Below are positions 7,202 to 16,341 of a DNA stretch of 64,000 nucleotides, piece after piece (the first letter of the stretch is position 1; each line of letters begins with the position of its first letter). The notes beneath the pieces were generated by a model. That model was not told the origin of the DNA. It searched no databases and saw only the letters and a program-made list of their open reading frames with translations. Origin of the DNA: Gemmatimonadaceae bacterium (GTDB lineage: Bacteria > Gemmatimonadota > Gemmatimonadetes > Gemmatimonadales > Gemmatimonadaceae); NCBI GenBank assembly GCA_036488775.1, contig DASXHF010000186.1, positions 1,246 through 65,245 on the forward strand, read 5' to 3'. The position numbers and the translations under genes were made by a program.

Positions 7202-10200
7202 TCAAGGGCCGCGCCGCCCTTCCCCACCACCGCCAAAGCCGCCGAAGCCGCGTCCTGCGGGCACCGTCTTCACGGAGTCGGGAAGCTTCGCCCACTGCTC
7301 GGGCGTGAGCGTCGCATGCAGCTCGTTGATCGCGCCCTCCGCCAGCTTGCGTGCCTCCTGCGTCTTGCCGCTCAGCCGGGCGAAGATGACCTGCGGATCG
7401 GGATTGCTTCCCGCCGCGGCGAGCATGTCGGCGATCTCGTTCACCAGCTTGTCGGTGTGCGGCTTCAACGAATCCGACTGCGCCTGCAGCCTCGTCTTCT
7501 GCTCCGGCGTGAGGGCGAGCTTGAGCGAGTCGTCGAGCGCGATCGTCGTGAGGAACGGATTGGGGACGAGCCGCTGCATGCGAGCGACGTAGGTCTCCCG
7601 CGTGGGCGGCTGGCCATTCGGTCCGCTGAAGAGCTGCCGCACCTGTTGGCGCGCCGGATCCTGGCCGAGGCTGAGACGTCCCTGTAGACCGATCTGGAAG
7701 GGCACGCGGAAGGCGGTGTTGCGCGCGTCGACGGAGCCGAAGTGCTCGTTCACCTGGTAGATGTACTCGTTCGTCGACGGATCGAAGCCGCGGACGTAGA
7801 GGAGCGTGCGATCGGGGAACACCGGCTGTCCCCAGCCATGCAGGTTGCTGCCGTGCAGCAGCTGGTCGATCCCCACGAGCGTGTTCTGGAGCTGCAACGA
7901 CATCGTGAGTCGCCGATCGAGACCGAAGGCGCCGGGCTTGAAGTTGAACTGGACGTCGAGCGCCGGCGTCCACGGCGTGGAGCAGCTGTTGCGTCCCGCC
8001 ACCGTGCCGAGCTGCGACATGAGACAGCTGCGCGCCCGTGAGGATGCATTGGCGAGCACGCGCGCCATGCCGTTGACCAGCGCGGTGTCCGCCTGGATGG
8101 CCGGGCTCGTCGGATCGAACACGAACGCGCGGTCGTTGCGGGAGCCGTCGCCATTCACGTCGCCGCCCACGACGGGCGTGAAGGCTTGGCCTGCCGTCAG
8201 ACGCGCGATGGCGGTGATGTCGAGCCACGGGCGCGCCGGATAGGTGATGGTCCCGAGGAAGGAATGCCGCCGCTCGAGATCCGACGTCCCCCATTCGACG
8301 ACGTTCGGATCGCCGGCAGTGCTGCCGCCACCGAAGCCGCCGAAGGTGCCGCTGCTGAAACCGTTCTGCTGATCGCGTGCGCGCAGGAAGGTGTACGAGC
8401 CCTGCAGGGTGATGCCCTGCAACGTGAGCCCGCCGAGCGACACCGTCACCTGTGTCGAAAGGGAGTGAAGGCTCGACGTCAGCTCACTGACGCTTCCGTA
8501 CTGCGGATACAGGCGCGACGCGATGATGCTCGTCGCACCGCTGATGGGCACGATGGTCGTCGGCGGCACGAACACCGGACGGCCTCCCTCGGCGTCGAGC
8601 GTGAACTTCGGCGTCGGATCGAGATTGAGATCGTGCGCGCCGGCCTGATTCACCCCGTACGCGAGCGAGCCGTCGACGCTGAACACGTACCGCTCGAGGA
8701 AGCGTTTGGTGGCCCCGAGCGACGAGCGCCATACTTTGGGCGCACCATATCCGTCCTCGAACAGCGTGACGTTGCGCCGTTGTCCGATCGCCACGGGGGG
8801 AACGGGTCCGCCGCTCGCGCACGCGCTCGGAATTGCGCTCGAATCGGCCAGATACGCCGGCCAATCGGGCGTCGGGACGGAGGGACCGATGCAGGTCAGC
8901 ACGGCCTGGCCACCCGGAAGTCCGGTGGACTGGACGGATGTCGCGACGAGGTTCGACGAGATGCGGCCGCGGAACTCGCCGACGCCGCCGCGGAAGATCC
9001 ACGAACCCTGGTTGAACCCACCCGGCCCGCCCCCGCCCCCGCGGCGCCCGGAATCCGGTTGCGGCGGAAGGCCAAGGAAATACGTGAACCCGACGCGTGG
9101 GCTGAGGTGCACTTCGGTCGGCGTCTTGTCCGTGCGCCGTCCGAACAGCGTCTCGATGTCGGGATTGTATTCCGGGGTCTGCGGAAAGCGCGTTCCCTCG
9201 AGGCGAAGTCCGTACGTCACCTGCAGCGCCGTCGACTCACGCCACGCGTCGCCCAGGTACAGCGCGGCGTTGTTGCTTCCGGCGAGCCGGTCATGACCGG
9301 AGATGGTGCGTGTGAACTGCGAGGGGCGGTTCGCGTCGAAGTCGGCGAGAGAGTTGTAGAAGAAGGTGCCGTAGCGGTTCGCGATCGTGCCGATCGTGGA
9401 GCGGTCCTCGTTGAGCAGACCGCCGAGCTTGAACCGGTGCGCGTTTCCGCTCGTGATCCACGACAGCTCGTCGGTCGCCTCGAGGAGCCGCGTGTGCTGT
9501 TCCTGCGGGAGCGACGGATTGCCACCGAACTGCAGGCTGGTGACGCTCTGCGTTCCGTCGTCGAGCGTCGACGCGACCGTGACACGGCCATCGGGCGCGA
9601 CGAGGTACGGCTCCGTGTTCTGCCGATCCGACGACTGGTACACCCGCCCTTCGTTGATGAACCGGCCGAGGTGCGACGTGAGCGTCGCCATGATCCCGCC
9701 CCCGGTGGTGTGGAGATCGCCGCCGGTGCTGGGAACGCTGAACGGGGAGATGCGTGTGCCGTTCTGCAGCGAGCCCCGCCAGTCGCCGCGGAGCGTGAGC
9801 GTATGCATCTCACCGAGCGAATAGTCGAAGCGGACGATCGCGGATGCCTGGTCGGCGAGCCGATCGGGCGGTATCTCCGGAAGCGTCGGCGCCACGCCGA
9901 GCGTGCCAAGGCGCCCCAGAAACTTCTGCACGGAGTCGGGGCTCGCGCCCAGCCGCGCCAGCGTCTGCGCGTTGGCGGCGAGCAGCGACGAGAGGGGATT
10001 CGTCCGCCGGGAGATCGACGCCGCGCCGAACACGAACGCCTCGTCCTGGACAATCGGTCCGCCGGTACCGAAGCTGAGTGCGTTCTGCTGGTACTTCTGC
10101 CCGAAGGAGGCCGAGGACTCGTCGACGAACTCGAGCGACGGGTCACGCAGCTGGTAGGTGACGACTCCCTGCACGTTGTTGGTGCCGCCGCGCGTCGTCG

Positions 10201-10927
10201 ACGCCACCTGGCCGCCGGTGAACTGCCCGCGGCTCACGTCGTAGGTGCTGGTGATGACGCGGGTGTTCCGGATTGCCTCCTGCGGTACGCTGCCCGAGCC
10301 GAAGCTGAGACCGTCGAGGGTGATCTGATTCTGGCTCGTCGGCTGGCCGGCGACGGAGAAGACGGCGGCCGTGGAGTCCGTCGCGGCCGTGCCGATCACC
10401 CCCGGCGCCAGGGTCGCCACCGTGGCGAGATCGCCCTTGTCGATTGGGAGCCGGTCGAGCTGCGCCGCGGACAGGTTGCGCTCGGTGCTGCCGGGCGTCG
10501 GCCGGTCATTCGCGTTGTCCCGCGTGTTCGTCGCGCGCACGGCGACGGTCGACAGCACCTGCGCATTGCGGCTCAACCGGATGTCGTGCTCCAACCGATC
10601 CTCGTCGGCCTGGCGCGCCACGCTGGCCTCGTACGGCGCGTAGCCGATGTACGTCGCGCGAATGCGATAGGAGCCGCCGCCATCCGGAAAAAGGACCGAA
10701 TATTCGCCGCGCTCGTTCGTCGTCTTGCGACGCGTGATCCCGGTCTCGGCGGAGGTCACCTCCACTCGTGCGCCCGCCACCGGCGAGTTGTCCGGCGCGG
10801 TGACCTTCCCCATGATGATGTCGGTCGTCGAGCCGACCTGCGCGTCCGCGCGCGGCGCCACGAGGGCGGCGAGAGCGACGAACAGGCAGGCGACCAGCGT
10901 ATGTCGAAGCACGGCGAGAGTGCGCAT
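7202..10927 (-). CDS. Oar-like TonB-dependent-receptor-family outer membrane protein with a C-terminal LTXXQ-motif extension
   Basis: ATG at 10927 gives MRTLAVLRHTLVACLFVALAALVAPRADAQ, a signal-peptide-like N-terminus. A CarboxypepD_reg-like domain follows (GKVTAPDNSPVAGARVEVTS...GEYSVLFPDGGGSYRIRA), then a plug-like segment (LPIDKGDLATVATLAPGV...ITLDG), then a roughly 900-aa barrel-like region. The last 131 aa are helical-looking with two LTPEQ motifs and a Gly-rich end. Confidence 0.75.
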   Translation of the reverse strand: MRTLAVLRHTLVACLFVALAALVAPRADAQVGSTTDIIMGKVTAPDNSPVAGARVEVTSAETGITRRKTTNERGEYSVLFPDGGGSYRIRATYIGYAPYEASVARQADEDRLEHDIRLSRNAQVLSTVAVRATNTRDNANDRPTPGSTERNLSAAQLDRLPIDKGDLATVATLAPGVIGTAATDSTAAVFSVAGQPTSQNQITLDGLSFGSGSVPQEAIRNTRVITSTYDVSRGQFTGGQVASTTRGGTNNVQGVVTYQLRDPSLEFVDESSASFGQKYQQNALSFGTGGPIVQDEAFVFGAASISRRTNPLSSLLAANAQTLARLGASPDSVQKFLGRLGTLGVAPTLPEIPPDRLADQASAIVRFDYSLGEMHTLTLRGDWRGSLQNGTRISPFSVPSTGGDLHTTGGGIMATLTSHLGRFINEGRVYQSSDRQNTEPYLVAPDGRVTVASTLDDGTQSVTSLQFGGNPSLPQEQHTRLLEATDELSWITSGNAHRFKLGGLLNEDRSTIGTIANRYGTFFYNSLADFDANRPSQFTRTISGHDRLAGSNNAALYLGDAWRESTALQVTYGLRLEGTRFPQTPEYNPDIETLFGRRTDKTPTEVHLSPRVGFTYFLGLPPQPDSGRRGGGGGPGGFNQGSWIFRGGVGEFRGRISSNLVATSVQSTGLPGGQAVLTCIGPSVPTPDWPAYLADSSAIPSACASGGPVPPVAIGQRRNVTLFEDGYGAPKVWRSSLGATKRFLERYVFSVDGSLAYGVNQAGAHDLNLDPTPKFTLDAEGGRPVFVPPTTIVPISGATSIIASRLYPQYGSVSELTSSLHSLSTQVTVSLGGLTLQGITLQGSYTFLRARDQQNGFSSGTFGGFGGGSTAGDPNVVEWGTSDLERRHSFLGTITYPARPWLDITAIARLTAGQAFTPVVGGDVNGDGSRNDRAFVFDPTSPAIQADTALVNGMARVLANASSRARSCLMSQLGTVAGRNSCSTPWTPALDVQFNFKPGAFGLDRRLTMSLQLQNTLVGIDQLLHGSNLHGWGQPVFPDRTLLYVRGFDPSTNEYIYQVNEHFGSVDARNTAFRVPFQIGLQGRLSLGQDPARQQVRQLFSGPNGQPPTRETYVARMQRLVPNPFLTTIALDDSLKLALTPEQKTRLQAQSDSLKPHTDKLVNEIADMLAAAGSNPDPQVIFARLSGKTQEARKLAEGAINELHATLTPEQWAKLPDSVKTVPAGRGFGGFGGGGEGRRGP

Positions 10928-10983
10928 GTCGGTACGAAGAGTGATCGGTGAGCAGCCCGACGTCGGTCCAAGCGACGGAGCCG

Positions 10984-12507
10984 TCACATCCCGGTAATAC
11001 GCCCGGATATGCGAGAAGCGTTGGCAGACTCGGCATCCGGCGCGGGTGCCTCGTCGTGCGACATGGCGTCGGCCGGGCCGCCAGCGCCCCGGAGCGGTCC
11101 ACGGGCGATCGCGGTGCGAACCGTGTCGACGAGATCGCTTCCGGTCTGTCGGATGATCCGTGCCACCGTCCCGATGGCGGTGCCGATCATCCAGGCGGCG
11201 TCGATCGCCGGCGGCGCCTCACCCCCATAGAGCGATCGCACGATACGCGAACGCAGTGAGATGGCGATGGGCGTCGCGAACGAGAGCGCGTTGAAGTGTG
11301 GATCGTAATGGGTGCCGAGTCCCTCGATCAGCGCGGCCGTCCGCGCGAAGTACACGAGATTGCTCGGCACGATGATCGGCCAGTCGTACAGCTCACCGAG
11401 CACCTCGTCGGCGAGCAGCTCGACGCGCTGGCGCGTCGTCGTCCGGCCGTGGGCGACGTCGAGCAGCGTCGACGCTAGACGATGGATGACGGCCCGGTCG
11501 GCGCCCGACGCGACCAGTCCCAGCGCGTGGAAGCTCTCCGCCAACGCGTCGGCGTCGCGCTGGATCGCGGCGAAGATCGCCGCGACGAGCTGCCGTCGCA
11601 GCTCGAGCGGCACGCGGACGACCATGCCGAAGTCGAGGAGAATGATGCGACCGTCGGCCGCAACGTGCAGGTTGCCCGGGTGGGGATCCGCGTGGAAGAC
11701 GCCGTGCAGGAGCATCATGCGTGCATAGAGCTCCATCACGCCGCGCACGATCTGATCCGGGCTGACGCGTCCCTCGCGAACCCAATCGTCGAGTCGATCC
11801 ACGCGGCGTCCTTCGCAGTACTCCAGCACCAGGGCACGGCGGCGCACCATCGGCTCGACGACGCGCGGGATCCGCACCGCCGCGTAGTCGGCGAAGTTCG
11901 CGCGGATCGCGACCGCGTGCGCCGCTTCGCGCCGGAAGTCCATCTCCTCGACCACGCGCGCCGAAAACTCGTCGATCACGACGCGCGTGCCCACCACATG
12001 CGGATTGGGCCACCACCGCTCCACGATGCGGATGATGCGCCGCGCCGCACGGACGTCCGCGTCGACGAGTGCCTCGACGCCCGGCCGCAGCACCTTGACC
12101 ACGACCTCCTGCCCGTCATAGCGCGCGCGATGCACCTGGCCCAGCGACGCCGCCGCCAACGGCTCGACGTCGAACCGCTCGAACAACGCGTGCGCCGACG
12201 CTCCGTACTCCGCGCGGATGATGCGCTCGACCTCGCGCACCGGCACCATCGGGACCTGGTCGGTGAGGCGCGTGAGGGCCTGCGCGTAGAGGGGAGCGAG
12301 GAGGTCGGCGCGGCCGGCGAAGAGCTGTGCGAGCTTGACGAAGGTGGGCCCGAGCGCGGCCAGTTGCTCGACGAGCCGCTGGGCGCGGCGCGCGTGGTCC
12401 TCCGCCGTCCGGTCGGCCGGCGCGCCGAACAGGAGCCAGCGATGCGAGTCGCGCCAGAAGGCCAGCGCGAGTGGGCCCAACCGGTACAGGATGACCAGCA
12501 GGCGCAT
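10984..12507 (-). CDS. ABC1/UbiB-family atypical kinase
   Basis: LGPTFVKLAQLFAGRADLLAP...VAAASLGQVHRA...VVVKVLRPG...FHADPHPGNL matches the AarF/ABC1/UbiB signature. Confidence 0.8.
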   Translation of the reverse strand: MRLLVILYRLGPLALAFWRDSHRWLLFGAPADRTAEDHARRAQRLVEQLAALGPTFVKLAQLFAGRADLLAPLYAQALTRLTDQVPMVPVREVERIIRAEYGASAHALFERFDVEPLAAASLGQVHRARYDGQEVVVKVLRPGVEALVDADVRAARRIIRIVERWWPNPHVVGTRVVIDEFSARVVEEMDFRREAAHAVAIRANFADYAAVRIPRVVEPMVRRRALVLEYCEGRRVDRLDDWVREGRVSPDQIVRGVMELYARMMLLHGVFHADPHPGNLHVAADGRIILLDFGMVVRVPLELRRQLVAAIFAAIQRDADALAESFHALGLVASGADRAVIHRLASTLLDVAHGRTTTRQRVELLADEVLGELYDWPIIVPSNLVYFARTAALIEGLGTHYDPHFNALSFATPIAISLRSRIVRSLYGGEAPPAIDAAWMIGTAIGTVARIIRQTGSDLVDTVRTAIARGPLRGAGGPADAMSHDEAPAPDAESANASRISGRITGM

Positions 12508-12522
12508 ACGCGCCCCCGTGCG

Positions 12523-13662
12523 TCAGCCGTCGCGCATGGACGCGGGGTCGACGCCGGTACGCCGGCACCAGGCCTCGTACGCCTGCGGCATGATCTCGGA
12601 CGGCTTGATCTCGCTGCGTCCGCCCCAGAAGACGTTCGTGTACGAGACCGGGATGCCGACGCTCGCGAGGTGCGCGTCGATCGCCGCCTTGTGTGCGAGC
12701 ACGGTCGCCTTCTCGGTGCCGTGGGCGACCGCCATGACGTTGACGTTCGCGAACTCCTCCCCGCCCTCGCGCCAGTACGCGTGGGTGAGGATGTGGTGGC
12801 GACCCACCTCGCGTCCCGCCTCGATCTCGCGGCCGGCCGGCACGCGCCAGTGGAAGAGCGCGTTGTACCGCGTGACGCGCGCGCCCGTCGCCGACGGCTT
12901 CACGTGCTCGAGGAAGGTCGAGAACCGTCCGATGACACCGCGGCCGGCCAATCGGCGCGCGACCGAGAGAAATTCCTCGTACGCGACGCCGGCTTCGTCG
13001 GCCCGGGCGCGCCATGGCTCGGACGTCATTTCCTGCGGCATGAGCTCGCGCTTGAGCGCCGAGAGCACGCGCCACTCGTGCGGCGAGAGCTGCACGATGT
13101 TGGTGTCGAGCACCTGGCCGGGCTCGTCGGTCTTGCTCCCGGGCTCGATGCCCCGGCGGCGCACGTGGCCGACGCCGAGCGCGAAGAGCCGCTTGGCGGG
13201 CATGATCCGGAACGCCGAGGCGCCGATGCGGGCCGCGAGCAGCTCGCAGTGCCGCTGCATGGAGAATCCTTGCGGTACCTTGACCGTCGTCCAGAGGCGA
13301 TAGACGGATCCAGCCGTGTCGGTGTCCGTGCTGCGAATGACAACGTGGCCGGAGAAGGGATCGTCGTTCGCGAGGTAGTCGAACGCCGCGTCGAGCTGCT
13401 CGGCGGCGACCCGCCACGCGACGAGCGCGCCGGCCGCCAGGTTGGTCGCCATCAGCGTCTGGCGGACCCGTCGGATCACGCCGCTCTCGAGCATCGCGCG
13501 CAGCCGCTCGAGCACCGTCTCCACCGGCAGCCCGCTCAACGCCGCGATCTCGGCGAACGGATCCTCGAGGAAACCCGCGATGCGGTCCTCGCTGACGGCG
13601 AGGATGCGCGCGTTGATGGGGTCGGCGACGTCGGTCGGCGTGGGGAGCAGCGAGGCGGACAT
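12523..13662 (-). CDS. fused double Lrp/AsnC-like protein (siroheme-decarboxylase NirD/L / AhbA/B-like)
   Basis: ATG at 13662. There are two tandem halves, each an HTH-like segment (IAALSGLPVETVLERLRAMLESGVIRR; AGVAYEEFLSVARRLAGRGVIGR) followed by an AsnC-type effector-like domain. The H.Y.R-like motif THAYWRE sits in the second half. Confidence 0.45.
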   Translation of the reverse strand: MSASLLPTPTDVADPINARILAVSEDRIAGFLEDPFAEIAALSGLPVETVLERLRAMLESGVIRRVRQTLMATNLAAGALVAWRVAAEQLDAAFDYLANDDPFSGHVVIRSTDTDTAGSVYRLWTTVKVPQGFSMQRHCELLAARIGASAFRIMPAKRLFALGVGHVRRRGIEPGSKTDEPGQVLDTNIVQLSPHEWRVLSALKRELMPQEMTSEPWRARADEAGVAYEEFLSVARRLAGRGVIGRFSTFLEHVKPSATGARVTRYNALFHWRVPAGREIEAGREVGRHHILTHAYWREGGEEFANVNVMAVAHGTEKATVLAHKAAIDAHLASVGIPVSYTNVFWGGRSEIKPSEIMPQAYEAWCRRTGVDPASMRDG

Positions 13663-13714
13663 GAAGGAAAGATAACCTCCGATCGCGTCGCGGGATTCCC
13701 GACCGGCGCTGGAC

Positions 13715-13993
13715 TCAGTAGCGCGGGAGGGTGTGGCGCACGTCGCGTGCACCGGACGCGACCCCCGCACCGACGGCCAGGCCGAGGGTGATCGCGGTGC
13801 CCGCGCCGACCAGCGGCAGGAAATGGAAGATCGGGAGGGCGATCACCCCCGCCGCCAGGCCGGCGACGATCGGGGCGATCGCCGTCTGCACCGCGTCGAC
13901 GTATCGCAGCCGTCGTGTCACGAACCGGCGCGTCTGCGCAAAGGCGAGCAGGGCGAGCATGGCGGACACCAGAAAGCTCAGAATGACGTACAT
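13715..13993 (-). CDS. small membrane protein (about 3 TM segments)
   Basis: 92 aa, hydrophobic (MYVILSFLVSAMLALLAFA...), with high GC3. It sits directly upstream of the AsnC-like gene on the same strand. Confidence 0.5.
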   Translation of the reverse strand: MYVILSFLVSAMLALLAFAQTRRFVTRRLRYVDAVQTAIAPIVAGLAAGVIALPIFHFLPLVGAGTAITLGLAVGAGVASGARDVRHTLPRY

Positions 13994-14114
13994 GGGAACC
14001 CCTCGTCGAGTATGGGTGCTGGTGACCGTACGCGAGGGTGGCGCGGCGGTTTCAATCGGCGCTGGCTACCATCGCGACCTCCGCATAGCTTGTTGCGACC
14101 TTCACCTCAGCGGC

Positions 14115-14429
14115 ATGATCACGCTCCGCGTCACCCGCCACGACCGCAATGAGCAGCTCCTTGCCGAATGCGAGAGCGACGTGCTGCCATCGCGCGGCGA
14201 GGTGCTGCAGCTCGACACCGTGGAGAGCGACGGCAGCATGACGCGACCGAGCACGATGTGGCGCGTGGTCGCCGTCACGGTGCACGTGCCCTCGCTGCAT
14301 TCGGCGTCGCCCGACGACGGGACCGCGCTGCGCGTCCGGACGGTGGAGGTCAGCGTGCTTCCCGACGTGTCGCTCTTCCCGGCGCTTGCGAGCTCCGCCG
14401 AGCAGGTGCTCTCCGAGTCGAGGATGTGA
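14115..14429 (+). CDS. hypothetical protein (104 aa)
   Basis: The internal ATG at 14115 of listed ORF 13731-14429 begins a stretch with strong GC3 bias. The upstream part overlaps the minus-strand gene. No motif was recognised. Confidence 0.4.
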   Translation: MITLRVTRHDRNEQLLAECESDVLPSRGEVLQLDTVESDGSMTRPSTMWRVVAVTVHVPSLHSASPDDGTALRVRTVEVSVLPDVSLFPALASSAEQVLSESRM

Positions 14430-14486
14430 CGGAGCAGTGATCGATCCGGCCTGCTCAAGCACGAAGCGCGCGGCTAGCTTCCGGCA

Positions 14487-16310
14487 GTGACTGTCGCCCG
14501 CTCCTCCCTGTCTTCGACCGCCGACGCCGCGCGCGACCGTCCGCTGCGCGGGAGCAACTTGCTCCTTCGTGTGAGTGACGCGCTGCCGGACCACCTCGCG
14601 TCCTGGCAGCTTCCGCCCGGGTGGAGTTGGGGCACCGAAGGCGCGTGGGAAGACCATCGGCATTTTCAGGAAGTGATCGATGCGCTCGGCCGGTCGCTGT
14701 CGCTCGTCAGCGCACCGCTGCCGGAGCATGCGCCATGGATCGAGGCGGAGGCGCGCGCGCTGGCGCATCGCAACCATCCAGCCGTGCCGACGACGTACCA
14801 CTATTGGGCCTCGTACCAGGAGTCGCGTCGCGGCCCGGGCTATCTGCGCCGCTGGATCGCCGGTGAAACGCTCGGCGCGCGCCTGGCCCGCGCCGGCGCG
14901 GAGGACATCCCGTCCGTGGTGCGGACGATGCGCGAGATCGGATCGACCCTCTCGTATCTGCACGACGCCGGGAGCGTTCACGGGGCGCTCTCGGTCAACA
15001 CCGTCGTCACGATCCCGATGGGGCGGATGTGGCTCATCGGATGGCAGTGGGCCGTACCGCTCGGGAGCATTCCGGCGGGGCTCGCGCCCGATTCGACGGC
15101 GATGCCGCTCGCGCCCGAATGGGGCGATAGTTGGGCGCCGACGTTCGCCAGCGACCAATGGCAGCTCGCGGCCCTGTGCTTCACCGCGCTGTCGGGCGAG
15201 ATGCCGCCGCGCAACGACATCCCTCCGCTGCTGCTGGTACGTCCGGACGTCCCGCCGCAGGTGGCGCAGGTGATCGACCGCGCGCTCGAGCGCGAGCCAT
15301 CGCGGCGGTACAGCTCCGTGGCGACGATGGTGCGTGCGATGGACCGCGTGATCGGCAGCAGGACGGTCCTCACGCTCAGCGGCGAGCACACCGCGGCGGC
15401 GCGGGAATCGCCCGAAGTCCGACTGCGCTGGGCGCTCGCCGAGGACTACGAGGTGATCGCGCCGCTCGGTGCGGGCTCCTTCGGATCCGTGTGGCGCGTG
15501 CGCGACCTGGCGCTCGGCCGCGAAGTCGCGCTCAAGCTGCTGCACCCGCACGTCGCGCGCGACGAGCGTGCGGTGGGGCGTTTCCGGCGCGAAGCCCGGC
15601 TCGCGGCGCAGCTCGCACATCCGGCGATCGTTCCGATCTACGATTGGGACAGTCGCGGCGACGTGACATGGTACACGATGGAGCTCGCCGAGAGCGGGTC
15701 CGTGGCCGATCTCATCGCGCGGGCTGGCGCGCGTCCGCTCGCCGAAGTGGCGCCGCAGATCGACAGCGTGCTGAGCGGGCTGGCGGCGGCGCATGCCGTC
15801 GGCATCATCCATCGCGACCTGAAGCCGGAGAACATTCTCATCGACCGGTATCGGCGGTGGCGGGTCGCTGACTTCGGCATCGCGAACCCGGCGGGCGAGG
15901 AGTTGGCGGGCGCGTCGGGAACGCCGGCGTTCTCGCCGCCGGAGCAGTTGCTCGGCGAGCCGCAGGACGCAACGGCGGACTGCTTCTCGCTGGCGGCGAT
16001 CGCCGCGTTCGTCCTCAGCGGCGCGCCGCCGTTCGGTGAGGCGGACACCAAGACGATCCTTGCGCGAGAGCTCTCGGGCCAACTCGACGTCACGGCCTAT
16101 CCCGCCGAGATCGGCGTCTGGTTGCAGCGCGCTCTTTCGCCCGAGCCCGAGAAGCGGTTCCCCGACGCGACGACGATGCAGGAGGCGTGGCGCGAGGCCG
16201 CCGGAACGGTGCTCGGCCGCGAGCGTCGGGGACCGTGGTGGCGGCGGATCTTCGCCGCCGAAGAGGGCGGCGAGGGCTGGTGGCGGGAGGACACGCCGGT
16301 CGCCGAGTGA
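14487..16310 (+). CDS. tandem pseudokinase / Ser-Thr protein kinase (Hanks type), soluble
   Basis: The C-terminal half has GAGSFGSVW, VALK, HRDLKPEN (HRD at 15810-15818), DFG and SPPE. The N-terminal half is kinase-like but degenerate: SVHGALSVN replaces HRDLKPxN (HGA at 14979-14987), and GWQ replaces DFG, while APEW and the D and R of subdomains IX and XI are retained. No TM segment is present. GTG start. Confidence 0.8.
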   Translation: MTVARSSLSSTADAARDRPLRGSNLLLRVSDALPDHLASWQLPPGWSWGTEGAWEDHRHFQEVIDALGRSLSLVSAPLPEHAPWIEAEARALAHRNHPAVPTTYHYWASYQESRRGPGYLRRWIAGETLGARLARAGAEDIPSVVRTMREIGSTLSYLHDAGSVHGALSVNTVVTIPMGRMWLIGWQWAVPLGSIPAGLAPDSTAMPLAPEWGDSWAPTFASDQWQLAALCFTALSGEMPPRNDIPPLLLVRPDVPPQVAQVIDRALEREPSRRYSSVATMVRAMDRVIGSRTVLTLSGEHTAAARESPEVRLRWALAEDYEVIAPLGAGSFGSVWRVRDLALGREVALKLLHPHVARDERAVGRFRREARLAAQLAHPAIVPIYDWDSRGDVTWYTMELAESGSVADLIARAGARPLAEVAPQIDSVLSGLAAAHAVGIIHRDLKPENILIDRYRRWRVADFGIANPAGEELAGASGTPAFSPPEQLLGEPQDATADCFSLAAIAAFVLSGAPPFGEADTKTILARELSGQLDVTAYPAEIGVWLQRALSPEPEKRFPDATTMQEAWREAAGTVLGRERRGPWWRRIFAAEEGGEGWWREDTPVAE

Positions 16311-16341
16311 GCGCGCACGCAAGGTGCAGGCGGAGTCGCGC

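Noticed and set aside
8186-10951. Very long antisense ORFs opposite real genes. Examples: 8186-10951 (921 aa), 19697-22348 (883 aa), 14052-16598 (848 aa), 60276-63374 (1032 aa), 11482-13791, 26214-28271, 29543-30982, 54089-55555 and 58152-59627.
   Set aside because: These are typical shadow ORFs of GC-rich DNA. Their translations are dominated by Arg/Ala/Gly/Pro/His with no recognisable motifs, whereas the opposite strand encodes motif-rich proteins with strong GC3 bias.
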